Shown here piece after piece: positions 27,805 through 35,164 of a stretch of 64,000 bases of DNA. The notes below the pieces were generated by a model. It worked only from the letters and a program-made list of their open reading frames with translations. It was not told the origin of the DNA and searched no databases. The stretch comes from Gaiellales bacterium (GTDB taxonomy: Bacteria > Actinomycetota > Thermoleophilia > Gaiellales > JAICJC01), in assembly GCA_038212095.1 (NCBI GenBank), contig JBBQUW010000009.1, positions 13,163 through 77,162 of the forward strand, given 5' to 3'. Both the position numbers and the translations under genes were made by a program. Numbering within the stretch: position 1 is the first letter of the stretch; each line of letters opens with the position of its first letter.

Positions 27805-28791
27805 TCAGCCCGCACCGGGGGCCAGCACCCGCGCGAGCAGCTCCGGCGCGATGTTGCCGCCCGAGATCACCACCGCCACGCCGCGCGCGCCGCGCACATC
27901 GACGCGACCCGACAGCAGCGCTGCGACACCGGCGGCCGCCCCCGCCTCGCAGGCAAGCTTAGCGCGCTGGTAGATGAACCGGATCGCCTCGATCAGCTCG
28001 TCCTCGCTCACCAGCACGACGTCATCGACCAGGGTACGGCAGCCCTCGAAGCTGTTGGGCAGCGCGGTGGGCGCCTTCAATGCGTCGGCGATGGTCGGCC
28101 CCAGCTCGACCGGCACCACCTCTCCGGCGTCCAGCGCCCTGCGGACGGTGGGGGCCAGCTCGGGTTCGACGCCGATCACCTTGGCGTCCGGCACGAGCGC
28201 CTTGACCGCGGCGGCGATCCCGGTCACCAGGCCGCCGCCGCCCACGGGCACCAGCACCGTGTCCAAGCCCGGGATCTGGTCGATCATCTCCAGGCCGACC
28301 GTCCCGCCACCTGCCAGCACCGCTGGATCGTTGTAGGGGTGAACGATCACGCGGCCCGTCGACTCCGCAAGCTCGGTCATGCGGCCGAACATGGCGGCAG
28401 CGTCGGCGGAGTCCAGGTCGACCTCGCCGCCGTAGCCTCTCGTCGCCGCCACCTTGGCCGGACTGGCATCGGGGGGCATCAGCACCAGCGCCGACGTCCC
28501 CAGCTCGCGCGCGGCCAGTGCCAGCGCCTGGGCGTGATTGCCGGCCGAGAGCCCGATCACGCCGCGGGCCCGCTGCTCGTCGGTGAGCGAGGAGAGCCGG
28601 TTGAATGCGCCCCGCACCTTGAATGACCCCGAGCGTTGCAGCAGCTCCGCCTTCAGCACGACCGGGGCGCCGACGAGCCCCGTGAGCGTGGCCGATGAGA
28701 GCACCGGAGTGCGGTGGATGTGGCCCTCGATGGCGGCCGCTGCCGCTCGCACGTCGTCGATGGTGGGGATCATCGGATCAGCATCCCACAC
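27805..28791 (-). CDS. threonine/serine dehydratase (PLP fold-type II)
   Basis: LKAELLQRSGSFKVRGA PLP-lysine motif, GGGGL glycine loop; start either GTG 28791 or ATG 28773. Confidence 0.85.
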   Translation of the reverse strand: MWDADPMIPTIDDVRAAAAAIEGHIHRTPVLSSATLTGLVGAPVVLKAELLQRSGSFKVRGAFNRLSSLTDEQRARGVIGLSAGNHAQALALAARELGTSALVLMPPDASPAKVAATRGYGGEVDLDSADAAAMFGRMTELAESTGRVIVHPYNDPAVLAGGGTVGLEMIDQIPGLDTVLVPVGGGGLVTGIAAAVKALVPDAKVIGVEPELAPTVRRALDAGEVVPVELGPTIADALKAPTALPNSFEGCRTLVDDVVLVSEDELIEAIRFIYQRAKLACEAGAAAGVAALLSGRVDVRGARGVAVVISGGNIAPELLARVLAPGAG

Positions 28792-28909
28792 CGAGGCGTG
28801 GTTCCAGCTTCACCACTCTGTAACCGCTAAAGTGTTTATCCGGTTATGTAGGCGTTAAGAAGCGGAATCTACTGGAGATTTCTGGAAAACGGCCGATACA
28901 CTGGGAACC

Positions 28910-29074
28910 ATGATGAACTTTCTCCCAATCTATCAAGCAAGCAGGACGGTCGAACCGCATCGCGAGAGCGAGCGGGAGTACCTGATCCGGATGGCACGAC
29001 TGCGCAACCTCGAGGATCGTCGCGGCCGACGCCGCAGCATCCTCAGCCGGATCACCCGCGGTCGCGCTGCCTAA
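28910..29074 (+). CDS. possible 54-aa arginine-rich small protein
   Basis: MMNFLPIYQASRTVEPHRESEREYLIRMARLRNLEDRRGRRRSILSRITRGRAA; lies in AT-richer spacer, followed by twin hairpins; weak RBS; below ORF-track cutoff. Confidence 0.3.
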   Translation: MMNFLPIYQASRTVEPHRESEREYLIRMARLRNLEDRRGRRRSILSRITRGRAA

Positions 29075-29095
29075 CGGCAGCGTGACCGCGGTCAC
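29065..29095. terminator. twin hairpins between convergent genes
   Basis: CGCTGCC-TAAC-GGCAGCG (29065-29082) immediately followed by perfect palindrome GTGACCGCGGTCAC (29082-29095) that includes the ALDH stop codon. Confidence 0.45.
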
Positions 29096-30537
29096 TCGGT
29101 CGAGATGAACACGCTCTTCAGCTCCGTGTTGTGTTTCAGGGCGTGCATGCCCAGCTCCTTGCCGACGCCGGACTGCTTGTAGCCGCCAAACGGCGCCTGC
29201 ACGAACACGCTCGAGTTGGTGTTCACGCCCAGCACGCCCGTGCGAAGCGCCCGCGCCACCCGCAGCTGGCGGGCGCCGTCGCGTGTCCACAACGATCCGG
29301 ACAGGCCGTATGGGCTGTCGTTGGCGATCCGCACCGCCTCCGCCTCGTCGCGAAACGTGATCACGCTGACCACCGGGCCGAAGATCTCTTCCCGGGCCAC
29401 CGTCATCTCGTTGCTGCAGCCGTCGAGCACCGTCGGCCGCAGGAAGTAGCCGTGCTCCAGCTCCCCGCTGGGACGGTCGCCGCCTGTGATCACCCGCGTG
29501 CCCTCGGCCACGCCTCCGGCGATGTGGCGTTCCACCGAGTCACGCTGGCCGGATGAGATCATCGGGCCGACCTGCGTCGCGGGGTCGTCGGGCATGCCCA
29601 CCCGCAGCGCGGCGGTGGTGGCGGCGTACCGCTCCAGCAGCTCGTCCTTGACGGACTCCTCGACCAGCAGCCGCGATCGCGCGCAGCAATCCTGCCCGCA
29701 GTTCTCGAACACGGCGAACGGCGCCATCGCGCCGACCTTGTCCAGATCGGCGTCCGCGAACACCACGCAGGCAGACTTTCCGCCCAGCTCCAGCGTCACG
29801 CGCTTGATCGTCGTGGCGGCCGTGCGGGCGATGCTGGAGCCGACCTCGGTCGAGCCGGTGAAGCCGATCTTCCCCACGGCCGGGTGCCCGACCAGCGCGT
29901 CGCCGACCGTCGATCCTGGGCCCGGCACGACGTTCAGCGCGCCCGGCGGCAGGCCGGCCTCGAGCGCCAGCTCGGCATAGCGCAGCGCCGAGAGCGGCGT
30001 CAGGCTGGCCGGCTTCAGCACCACGGTGTTGCCGGCGGCCAGCGCGGGCGCCGCCTTCCAGTTGGCGATGTTGAGAGGGAAGTTCCACGGTGTGATCAGC
30101 CCCACCACGCCGATCGGCTCGCGGAAAGTCATCGCCACGCCCTCTCGCTCGACGGGGATGGTGTGGCCGAAGAACTTGTCCACCGCGCCGGCGTAGTAGC
30201 GGATCACGTCCACGATCATCGAGAGCTGGCCGCAGGCGTCAGAGATCGGCATGCCGACGTTGCGGCACTCCAGCATCGCCAGCTCCTCGGCGTGCTCCTC
30301 GACCACGTTGGCGAACCTGTGCATCACCCGGCCCCGGCTGACCGGCGAGATCGACCCCCACGACTCATAGGCGCGTGCGGCCGCCTCGACCGCGCGGGCG
30401 ACGTCGCGCACGCCCGCCTCGGCCACGGTCGCGAGGTGGCCGCCCGTGGCCGGATTGGTGACGTCGAACGTTCGCTCCTCGGCTGCCGCGACCCGCTCGC
30501 CCGCGATCAGGAGGCCCTCGGTGGTGGTGGTCGTCAT
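29092..30537 (-). CDS. NAD(P)-dependent aldehyde dehydrogenase
   Basis: start ATG 30537 after GAGGGAGGAG; ELGGKSA, FENCGQDCCARSR catalytic Cys motif. Confidence 0.9.
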   Translation of the reverse strand: MTTTTTEGLLIAGERVAAAEERTFDVTNPATGGHLATVAEAGVRDVARAVEAAARAYESWGSISPVSRGRVMHRFANVVEEHAEELAMLECRNVGMPISDACGQLSMIVDVIRYYAGAVDKFFGHTIPVEREGVAMTFREPIGVVGLITPWNFPLNIANWKAAPALAAGNTVVLKPASLTPLSALRYAELALEAGLPPGALNVVPGPGSTVGDALVGHPAVGKIGFTGSTEVGSSIARTAATTIKRVTLELGGKSACVVFADADLDKVGAMAPFAVFENCGQDCCARSRLLVEESVKDELLERYAATTAALRVGMPDDPATQVGPMISSGQRDSVERHIAGGVAEGTRVITGGDRPSGELEHGYFLRPTVLDGCSNEMTVAREEIFGPVVSVITFRDEAEAVRIANDSPYGLSGSLWTRDGARQLRVARALRTGVLGVNTNSSVFVQAPFGGYKQSGVGKELGMHALKHNTELKSVFISTE

Positions 30538-30553
30538 CGCTTCTCCTCCCTCA

Positions 30554-31894
30554 TCAGAGCCGTTCGAAGCCCCGGAACTTCTCCCAGTCGGTGACCGCCG
30601 CATCGAAGGCGCGCTGCTCGGTGCGGGCGGCGTGCAGGTAGTGTCGCACCACGTCCTCGCCGAACGCCTCGCGGGCCAGCGCCGAGCCGTCGAGCAGGTC
30701 GATCGCGTCGCGCAGCGAGCGCGGGATGTGCCGCTCCTCGGGTGCCTGGTAGGCGTTGCCGGCGAACTCGGGCTCCAGCTCCAGCTGGTTGTCGATCCCG
30801 TGCAGCCCGGAGGCGATCACTGCCGCGAAAGCCAGATAGGGATTCACGTCGGCACCGGCGAGCCGCGTCTCTAACCGCAGGCCGTTGCCATGGCCGACGA
30901 CCCGAAAGGCACAGGTGCGGTTGTCCCGCCCCCAGACCATCGCCGTGGGCGCAAACGAGCCCATCGCGAACCGCTTGTAGGAGTTGATGTTGGGCGCGTA
31001 CAGACAGGCCAGCTCGCGGGTGGTGGCCAGCTGCCCCGCGACGAAGTGCTCGAACGTCTTTGAGAATCCGCCGCCGTCGCCGGGAAACAGGCTGCCCTTC
31101 TCGTCCCAGAAGCTGCAGTGGATGTGGCACGAGTTCCCCTCGCGCTCGTTGTACTTGGCCATGAACGAGAGCGCGTGGCCGTGTTGCCATGCGATCTCTC
31201 GGGCGCCGTTCTTGTAGATCGAGTGGTTGTCCGCCATCGTCAGCGCGTCCGCGTAGCGGAAGTTGACCTCGTGCTGGCCGTAGTTGCATTCGCCCTTGGA
31301 GTCCTCGACGGGGATGCCGGCCCCCGCCATTCCCAGCCGGATCGGCCGCAGCACGTCCTCGACCACTGTTGTGCCGAATATCGAGTAGTCGACGTTGTAC
31401 GGGTTGGCCGGCTCAAGGTCGTGGTAGCGCTTCGCGCGCGCCTGGTCGAAGCTGTCGCGGAACAGGAAGAACTCGAGCTCGGAACCGATGTTCGCGGTCC
31501 AGCCACGCTCGGCCAGCCGATCGAGTTGGCGACGCAGGATCTGGCGCGGCGAGGCGACGACCGGGGAGCCGTCCGGCCACTCGAGGTCGGAGACCACCAG
31601 CGCCGTCCGCTCGAGCCACGGGATCGACCGCACCGTCGCCATGTCCGGCTTGAAGACGAAGTCACCGTATCCGGTGTCCCACGAGGACATCTCGTATCCC
31701 TGCACCGTGTTCATCTCCACGTCGACGGCCAGAAGGTAGTTGCAGCCTTCTGCACCGTGGGCGGCGATGTCCGACAGGAAGAACGGCGCATGCATCCGCT
31801 TGCCCATCAGGCGGCCCTGCATGTCGGTCATCACCAGCAGCACGGTATCGATCGTGCCCTGCTCGACCTCGCGCTGCAGCTCGTCAACTCTCAC
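30554..31894 (-). CDS. glutamine synthetase-family enzyme, gamma-glutamyl-polyamine synthetase-like (GlnA3/PuuA type)
   Basis: GSELEFFLF, KGECNYGQHEVNF, NSCHIHCSFW, NSYKRF; GTG 31894 with GAGGAG upstream preferred over ORF-track 31954, which would overlap the divergent gene. Confidence 0.8.
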   Translation of the reverse strand: MRVDELQREVEQGTIDTVLLVMTDMQGRLMGKRMHAPFFLSDIAAHGAEGCNYLLAVDVEMNTVQGYEMSSWDTGYGDFVFKPDMATVRSIPWLERTALVVSDLEWPDGSPVVASPRQILRRQLDRLAERGWTANIGSELEFFLFRDSFDQARAKRYHDLEPANPYNVDYSIFGTTVVEDVLRPIRLGMAGAGIPVEDSKGECNYGQHEVNFRYADALTMADNHSIYKNGAREIAWQHGHALSFMAKYNEREGNSCHIHCSFWDEKGSLFPGDGGGFSKTFEHFVAGQLATTRELACLYAPNINSYKRFAMGSFAPTAMVWGRDNRTCAFRVVGHGNGLRLETRLAGADVNPYLAFAAVIASGLHGIDNQLELEPEFAGNAYQAPEERHIPRSLRDAIDLLDGSALAREAFGEDVVRHYLHAARTEQRAFDAAVTDWEKFRGFERL

Positions 31895-31928
31895 GCCTGC
31901 TCCTCTCAGAGGCTTGGGGTCCCATTCA

Positions 31929-31934
31929 TATACT
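31929..31934 (+). promoter_or_regulatory. -10-like hexamer, near-leaderless amidotransferase gene
   Basis: TATACT, 9 nt, ATG 31944. Confidence 0.3.
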
Positions 31935-31943
31935 CCGAGTGGT

Positions 31944-32666
31944 ATGTACCGCAACCGGCCGGTGATCGGGATCTGCGCCTACGAGCTCCCCGCCAGCTTC
32001 TCGCACTGGCGGGAGGTGGACAGCGTGCTGCTGCCGGCCGGCTACAGCCGGGGGGTGCTGGCGGCAGGCGGCCTGCCGGTAGTGATCCCACCCATTCTGG
32101 ATGCGACCGAGCAGCTGGTCGCGACCCTGGATGGGCTGATCTTGACCGGCGGCTCCGACATCGATCCGGGCCTGTACCGCCAGGCGCCGCACGCCCAGAC
32201 GCGTGGCGTGGTGGCGCATCGCGATCGGGCCGAGCTGGAGCTGCTGTCGGCCGCGGTCGCGGCCGACCTGCCGGTGCTCGGCGTCTGCCGGGGAATGCAG
32301 CTGCTGAACGTGCTGCAGGGCGGAACGCTCGTCCAGCACCTGGCGGACGTTGTCGCCGACGGTGGCCTGCACAAGGGCCCACCGGGCACGTTCACGTCGC
32401 ATCACGTCTCGATCGACCCCGGCACGCGGCTGCACTCGATTCTGGGGGACGCCGTCGATGGCCACTCCTGCCACCACCAGGCGCCGGATCGCGTCGGCGA
32501 GGGTCTGCGCGTCTCTGCTCACGCCGCCGACGGCGTGGTCGAGGGTCTCGAGATCACCGACGCCCGCTTTTGCGTGGCGGTGCTGTGGCACCCCGAGGAG
32601 GACCTCGCCGGAGGCGGGCCGCTGTTCCAGGCGCTGGTGGAGCAGGCGCGCGCCGTGGCGGTCTAG
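31944..32666 (+). CDS. class-I glutamine amidotransferase-like gamma-glutamyl hydrolase (peptidase C26, PuuD-like)
   Basis: MYRNRPVIGI..., LTGGSDIDP, catalytic LGVCRGMQLLN, VLWHPE. Confidence 0.8.
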   Translation: MYRNRPVIGICAYELPASFSHWREVDSVLLPAGYSRGVLAAGGLPVVIPPILDATEQLVATLDGLILTGGSDIDPGLYRQAPHAQTRGVVAHRDRAELELLSAAVAADLPVLGVCRGMQLLNVLQGGTLVQHLADVVADGGLHKGPPGTFTSHHVSIDPGTRLHSILGDAVDGHSCHHQAPDRVGEGLRVSAHAADGVVEGLEITDARFCVAVLWHPEEDLAGGGPLFQALVEQARAVAV

Positions 32667-32677
32667 CGCCGACCCGG

Positions 32678-33049
32678 TCAGCCGCGTTCGGCGGCGCGGA
32701 TGGCTTCGATCAGCTCGTCCAGCCCGACGCCCTTCTTGAGGCAGCTGGTCGCGCCGGCGGCCAACGCCGCCTCGATCATCTGCGGCTCGTCGTAGGCGGA
32801 CAGCACGACCACCGGCATCGCCCAGCTCGCCCGCGCGATCTGCTCGGTGGCCTCGATCCCGTCCACGTTCGGCATCCGCATGTCCATCACCACGACGTCC
32901 GGCGTCGCCTGCTCGGCCAGCGTGATCGCCTCCGCGCCATCGCTTGCCTCGGCCACGACGATCATGCCGGCCTCGGCCAGAGCGTCCCGCAGCACGCCGC
33001 GCAGCAACGCGTTGTCCTCAGCGATCAGGATCCTGATGGATTCGTTCAC
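32678..33049 (-). CDS. stand-alone CheY-like receiver protein
   Basis: GTG 33049: VNESIRILIAEDNALLR...PDVVVMDMRMPNVDG...VVVLSAY...CLKKG = full set of receiver residues; no output domain. Confidence 0.75.
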   Translation of the reverse strand: MNESIRILIAEDNALLRGVLRDALAEAGMIVVAEASDGAEAITLAEQATPDVVVMDMRMPNVDGIEATEQIARASWAMPVVVLSAYDEPQMIEAALAAGATSCLKKGVGLDELIEAIRAAERG

Positions 33050-33062
33050 GTAGTCGCGCAGC

Positions 33063-33794
33063 CTATGCGGTTGGACGGCCGCTGTGCAACCTCGCATACA
33101 GCCGCTGCACCGCGTCCAGCGCAAACCGCGCCGCCTGTGGCGGCGACCGGCCCTCACTGCGTGCCAGGCAGTACAGCGCGGCGAACGAGTCGCCCGCTCC
33201 GGTGGGATCGTCGAACCGCTGGCCATCGCCCTCGAGGTCGTGGCGGCGCCCCTCCCAGAAGAGTGTCGCTCCCCGCTCGGCCCGCGTCACCAGCAGCTCG
33301 GGCACCTCCGGTGAGCCGGCAGCCGAGTGCTCGGAGCTGTTCAGCTTGAGCGCGGCCACGCCCGCCACCGCATGCTGCTCGATCGCGCCCATCCGCACGG
33401 GGCCGATGCGGCTACCGCGGGAAAGCCCCTGGCCATCGAGGCATAACCGGTGCCCGGCAGCGACCAGCACCGCGATCGTCTCAGGTGGGAAGTCCCCTGC
33501 CGTCTGCCCGCCCAGCAGCACCCACGCGCAGCCCCGCAACGCCGGCACCAGCGCGTCACGGGCCCGCTCCGGCGTGACCGGGTCTGGCAGGGTCAGGATC
33601 TGCTGGTCAGTACCGCCCGGACCGTGCGAGATCAGCGAGTGCAGGCTGCCGGTCTCGATCGCGATCGGATCGGCGCCGGCAAACCGCAGCGCGCGGGCTG
33701 CATACAGCGGCGTGCCACCCGGGCGGTGCTGCGGCGGTGCGGAGTCGAGCTCGATCGTGTCGCGGGTCGCGGCGCCGATCACGCCCACCTTCAC
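33063..33794 (-). CDS. PfkB-family carbohydrate/nucleoside kinase
   Basis: 243 aa; GGTPLYAARAL, C-terminal DPTGAGDSFAA anion-hole motif; GTGA overlap with histidine kinase gene. Confidence 0.75.
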   Translation of the reverse strand: MKVGVIGAATRDTIELDSAPPQHRPGGTPLYAARALRFAGADPIAIETGSLHSLISHGPGGTDQQILTLPDPVTPERARDALVPALRGCAWVLLGGQTAGDFPPETIAVLVAAGHRLCLDGQGLSRGSRIGPVRMGAIEQHAVAGVAALKLNSSEHSAAGSPEVPELLVTRAERGATLFWEGRRHDLEGDGQRFDDPTGAGDSFAALYCLARSEGRSPPQAARFALDAVQRLYARLHSGRPTA

Positions 33795-34437
33795 GTGCAG
33801 GCCGGCACGGTCAGGGCGACCTCTTCGCCACCGGGGGAGATCTCGATCCGGCCACCGATCCGCGCCGCACGCTCGCGCAGCAGGAGGCGGGTGGCGTCGC
33901 CTTGCGGCGGACAGCCGGGCGTGGTCACGCGCAACACCAGCGGGTCGCCGCCGTCAAGGCGGATCGTGATCGGCGCCGCGCCATTGCGGGCTGCGTGCAG
34001 GGCGGCCTCGCGGGCGACGTGGTAGATCGCGGTGTCGCGGGCGTCGTCGGCTGCCGGCCAGCTGGAGGGCAGCTCGGCCGTCGTGCGCACCGCGTGCTCC
34101 TCCTCCACCGTCTCCGCCAGCGATCCGAGCGCCTGCAGCAGCCCCAACTGCTCCATCACCACCGGGGGTACAGCCGCGCCGTCATCTGCCGCAGCTCGTC
34201 GCTTGCCTCGACGGCGGCCCGCTCGAGCCGGTCGAGCCCCTCGCGCGCACGGTCGGCCTCGCCATCCTCCATCGCGTGGCGGACGCCGTCGGCCAGCAGC
34301 CGGATCGCCGTCAGCAGCTGTTGGGGGCCGTCGTGTAACCGGTGGGCGATCAGCGCGCGCTCGTCTTCGACCGTTTTCAGCATGTGCTCGAGCAGGGCTC
34401 CGCGGTCGTCGAGCGGCTGCCGGCGGCGGCCGATCAT
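33791..34437 (-). pseudogene. minimal cytoplasmic HisKA_3-type histidine kinase split by a -1 frameshift in a G5/C5 run (or sequencing error)
   Basis: ORF 34156-34437 carries H-box ERALIAHRLHDGPQQLL and ends ...RLYPRW*; ORF 33791-34162 carries HATPase part. Adding one C at 34164-34168 gives ...RLYPPVVMEQLGLLQAL..., the expected RP-x-x-L-x-x-x-GL-x-x-AL continuation. Confidence 0.6.
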
Positions 34438-35102
34438 TCGATCAGCGAGTGGCGAAGCGCCAGCGCGACGGCCTGGGTGCGGGTGTCGGCTTCGAGCTTC
34501 GTCATCGCGTTTCGCACATGCGTGCGCACCGTCTCGGGGCTGATGAACAGCCGCGACGCGATCTCCGGGTTGGAGAAGCCGTTGGCCAGCAGTCCCAGGA
34601 TCTCGCGTTCGCGCGTTGACAACGACGGCAGCCGTTCCGTTGCCTTGGGTGACACCAGCTCCGACGCCAGGGTCGGGTCGACGTAGGCGCCGCCCTCCGC
34701 GACCCGCTTGACTGCGCGCACGATGTCGTCCGGCGGCGCGTCCTTGAGCACGTATCCCCGCGCGCCGCAGTCGAGACCCTCCGATAGCAGCCCCCGCTCG
34801 CCGTGGGCGGTATAGAGGATCACGGCCATGCTCGGGTGCGCAGCAGTGATGCGGCGGGTGGCCTCGAAGCCGTCCATGCCGCGCATCCGCACGTCCATCA
34901 GGATCACGTCCGGCCGGCGGCGCTCGGCCATCTCGATGGCGGCCTCGCCGTTGGAACTCTCGCCGATCACGGCGATCTCGCGATCGCGGGCCAGGATCAT
35001 CTTGACTCCCTCGCGGACGGCCGCGTGGTCATCCACGATCAGCACGCGCACCTGCTCGGTGAGTCGCTCGTCAGACCGTTCGGCTTCCTGGCTGGAGCTC
35101 AT
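34434..35102 (-). CDS. NarL/LuxR-family response regulator
   Basis: VRVLIVDDHAAVREG...PDVILMDVRMRGMDG...LYTAH...YVLKD receiver plus LSTREREILGLLANGFSNPEIASRLFISPETVRTHVRN HTH; ATG 35102 preferred. Confidence 0.9.
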   Translation of the reverse strand: MSSSQEAERSDERLTEQVRVLIVDDHAAVREGVKMILARDREIAVIGESSNGEAAIEMAERRRPDVILMDVRMRGMDGFEATRRITAAHPSMAVILYTAHGERGLLSEGLDCGARGYVLKDAPPDDIVRAVKRVAEGGAYVDPTLASELVSPKATERLPSLSTREREILGLLANGFSNPEIASRLFISPETVRTHVRNAMTKLEADTRTQAVALALRHSLIE

Positions 35103-35112
35103 CTGACCTCGA

Positions 35113-35118
35113 ATCGTA
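35113..35118 (-). promoter_or_regulatory. -10-like hexamer of two-component operon
   Basis: minus strand TACGAT, 10 nt (contains GAGG), ATG 35102. Confidence 0.3.
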
Positions 35119-35151
35119 GTCCGCAAGGGAACGTTTGGAAACACCCTCCCC

Positions 35152-35157
35152 TACAAT
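35152..35157 (+). promoter_or_regulatory. -10 box, leaderless CDF gene
   Basis: TACAAT, 7 nt, GTG 35165; hexamer lies inside the longer ORF-track reading (start 35135), arguing for the GTG start. Confidence 0.4.
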
Positions 35158-35164
35158 CGGCCTC

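Noticed and set aside
28844-29290. 148-aa minus-strand ORF bridging the AT-richer spacer and the aldehyde dehydrogenase 3' end
   Set aside because: Its upstream half is out of frame within the ALDH coding region, and the remainder crosses the twin hairpins. It has no motif or ribosome-binding site.
31118-33349. 743-aa plus-strand ORF spanning several genes, and the 691-aa minus-strand ORF at 39898-41973
   Set aside because: Each crosses multiple independently supported genes on the opposite strand or in another frame. Composition is shadow-like, and there are no start-site signals.
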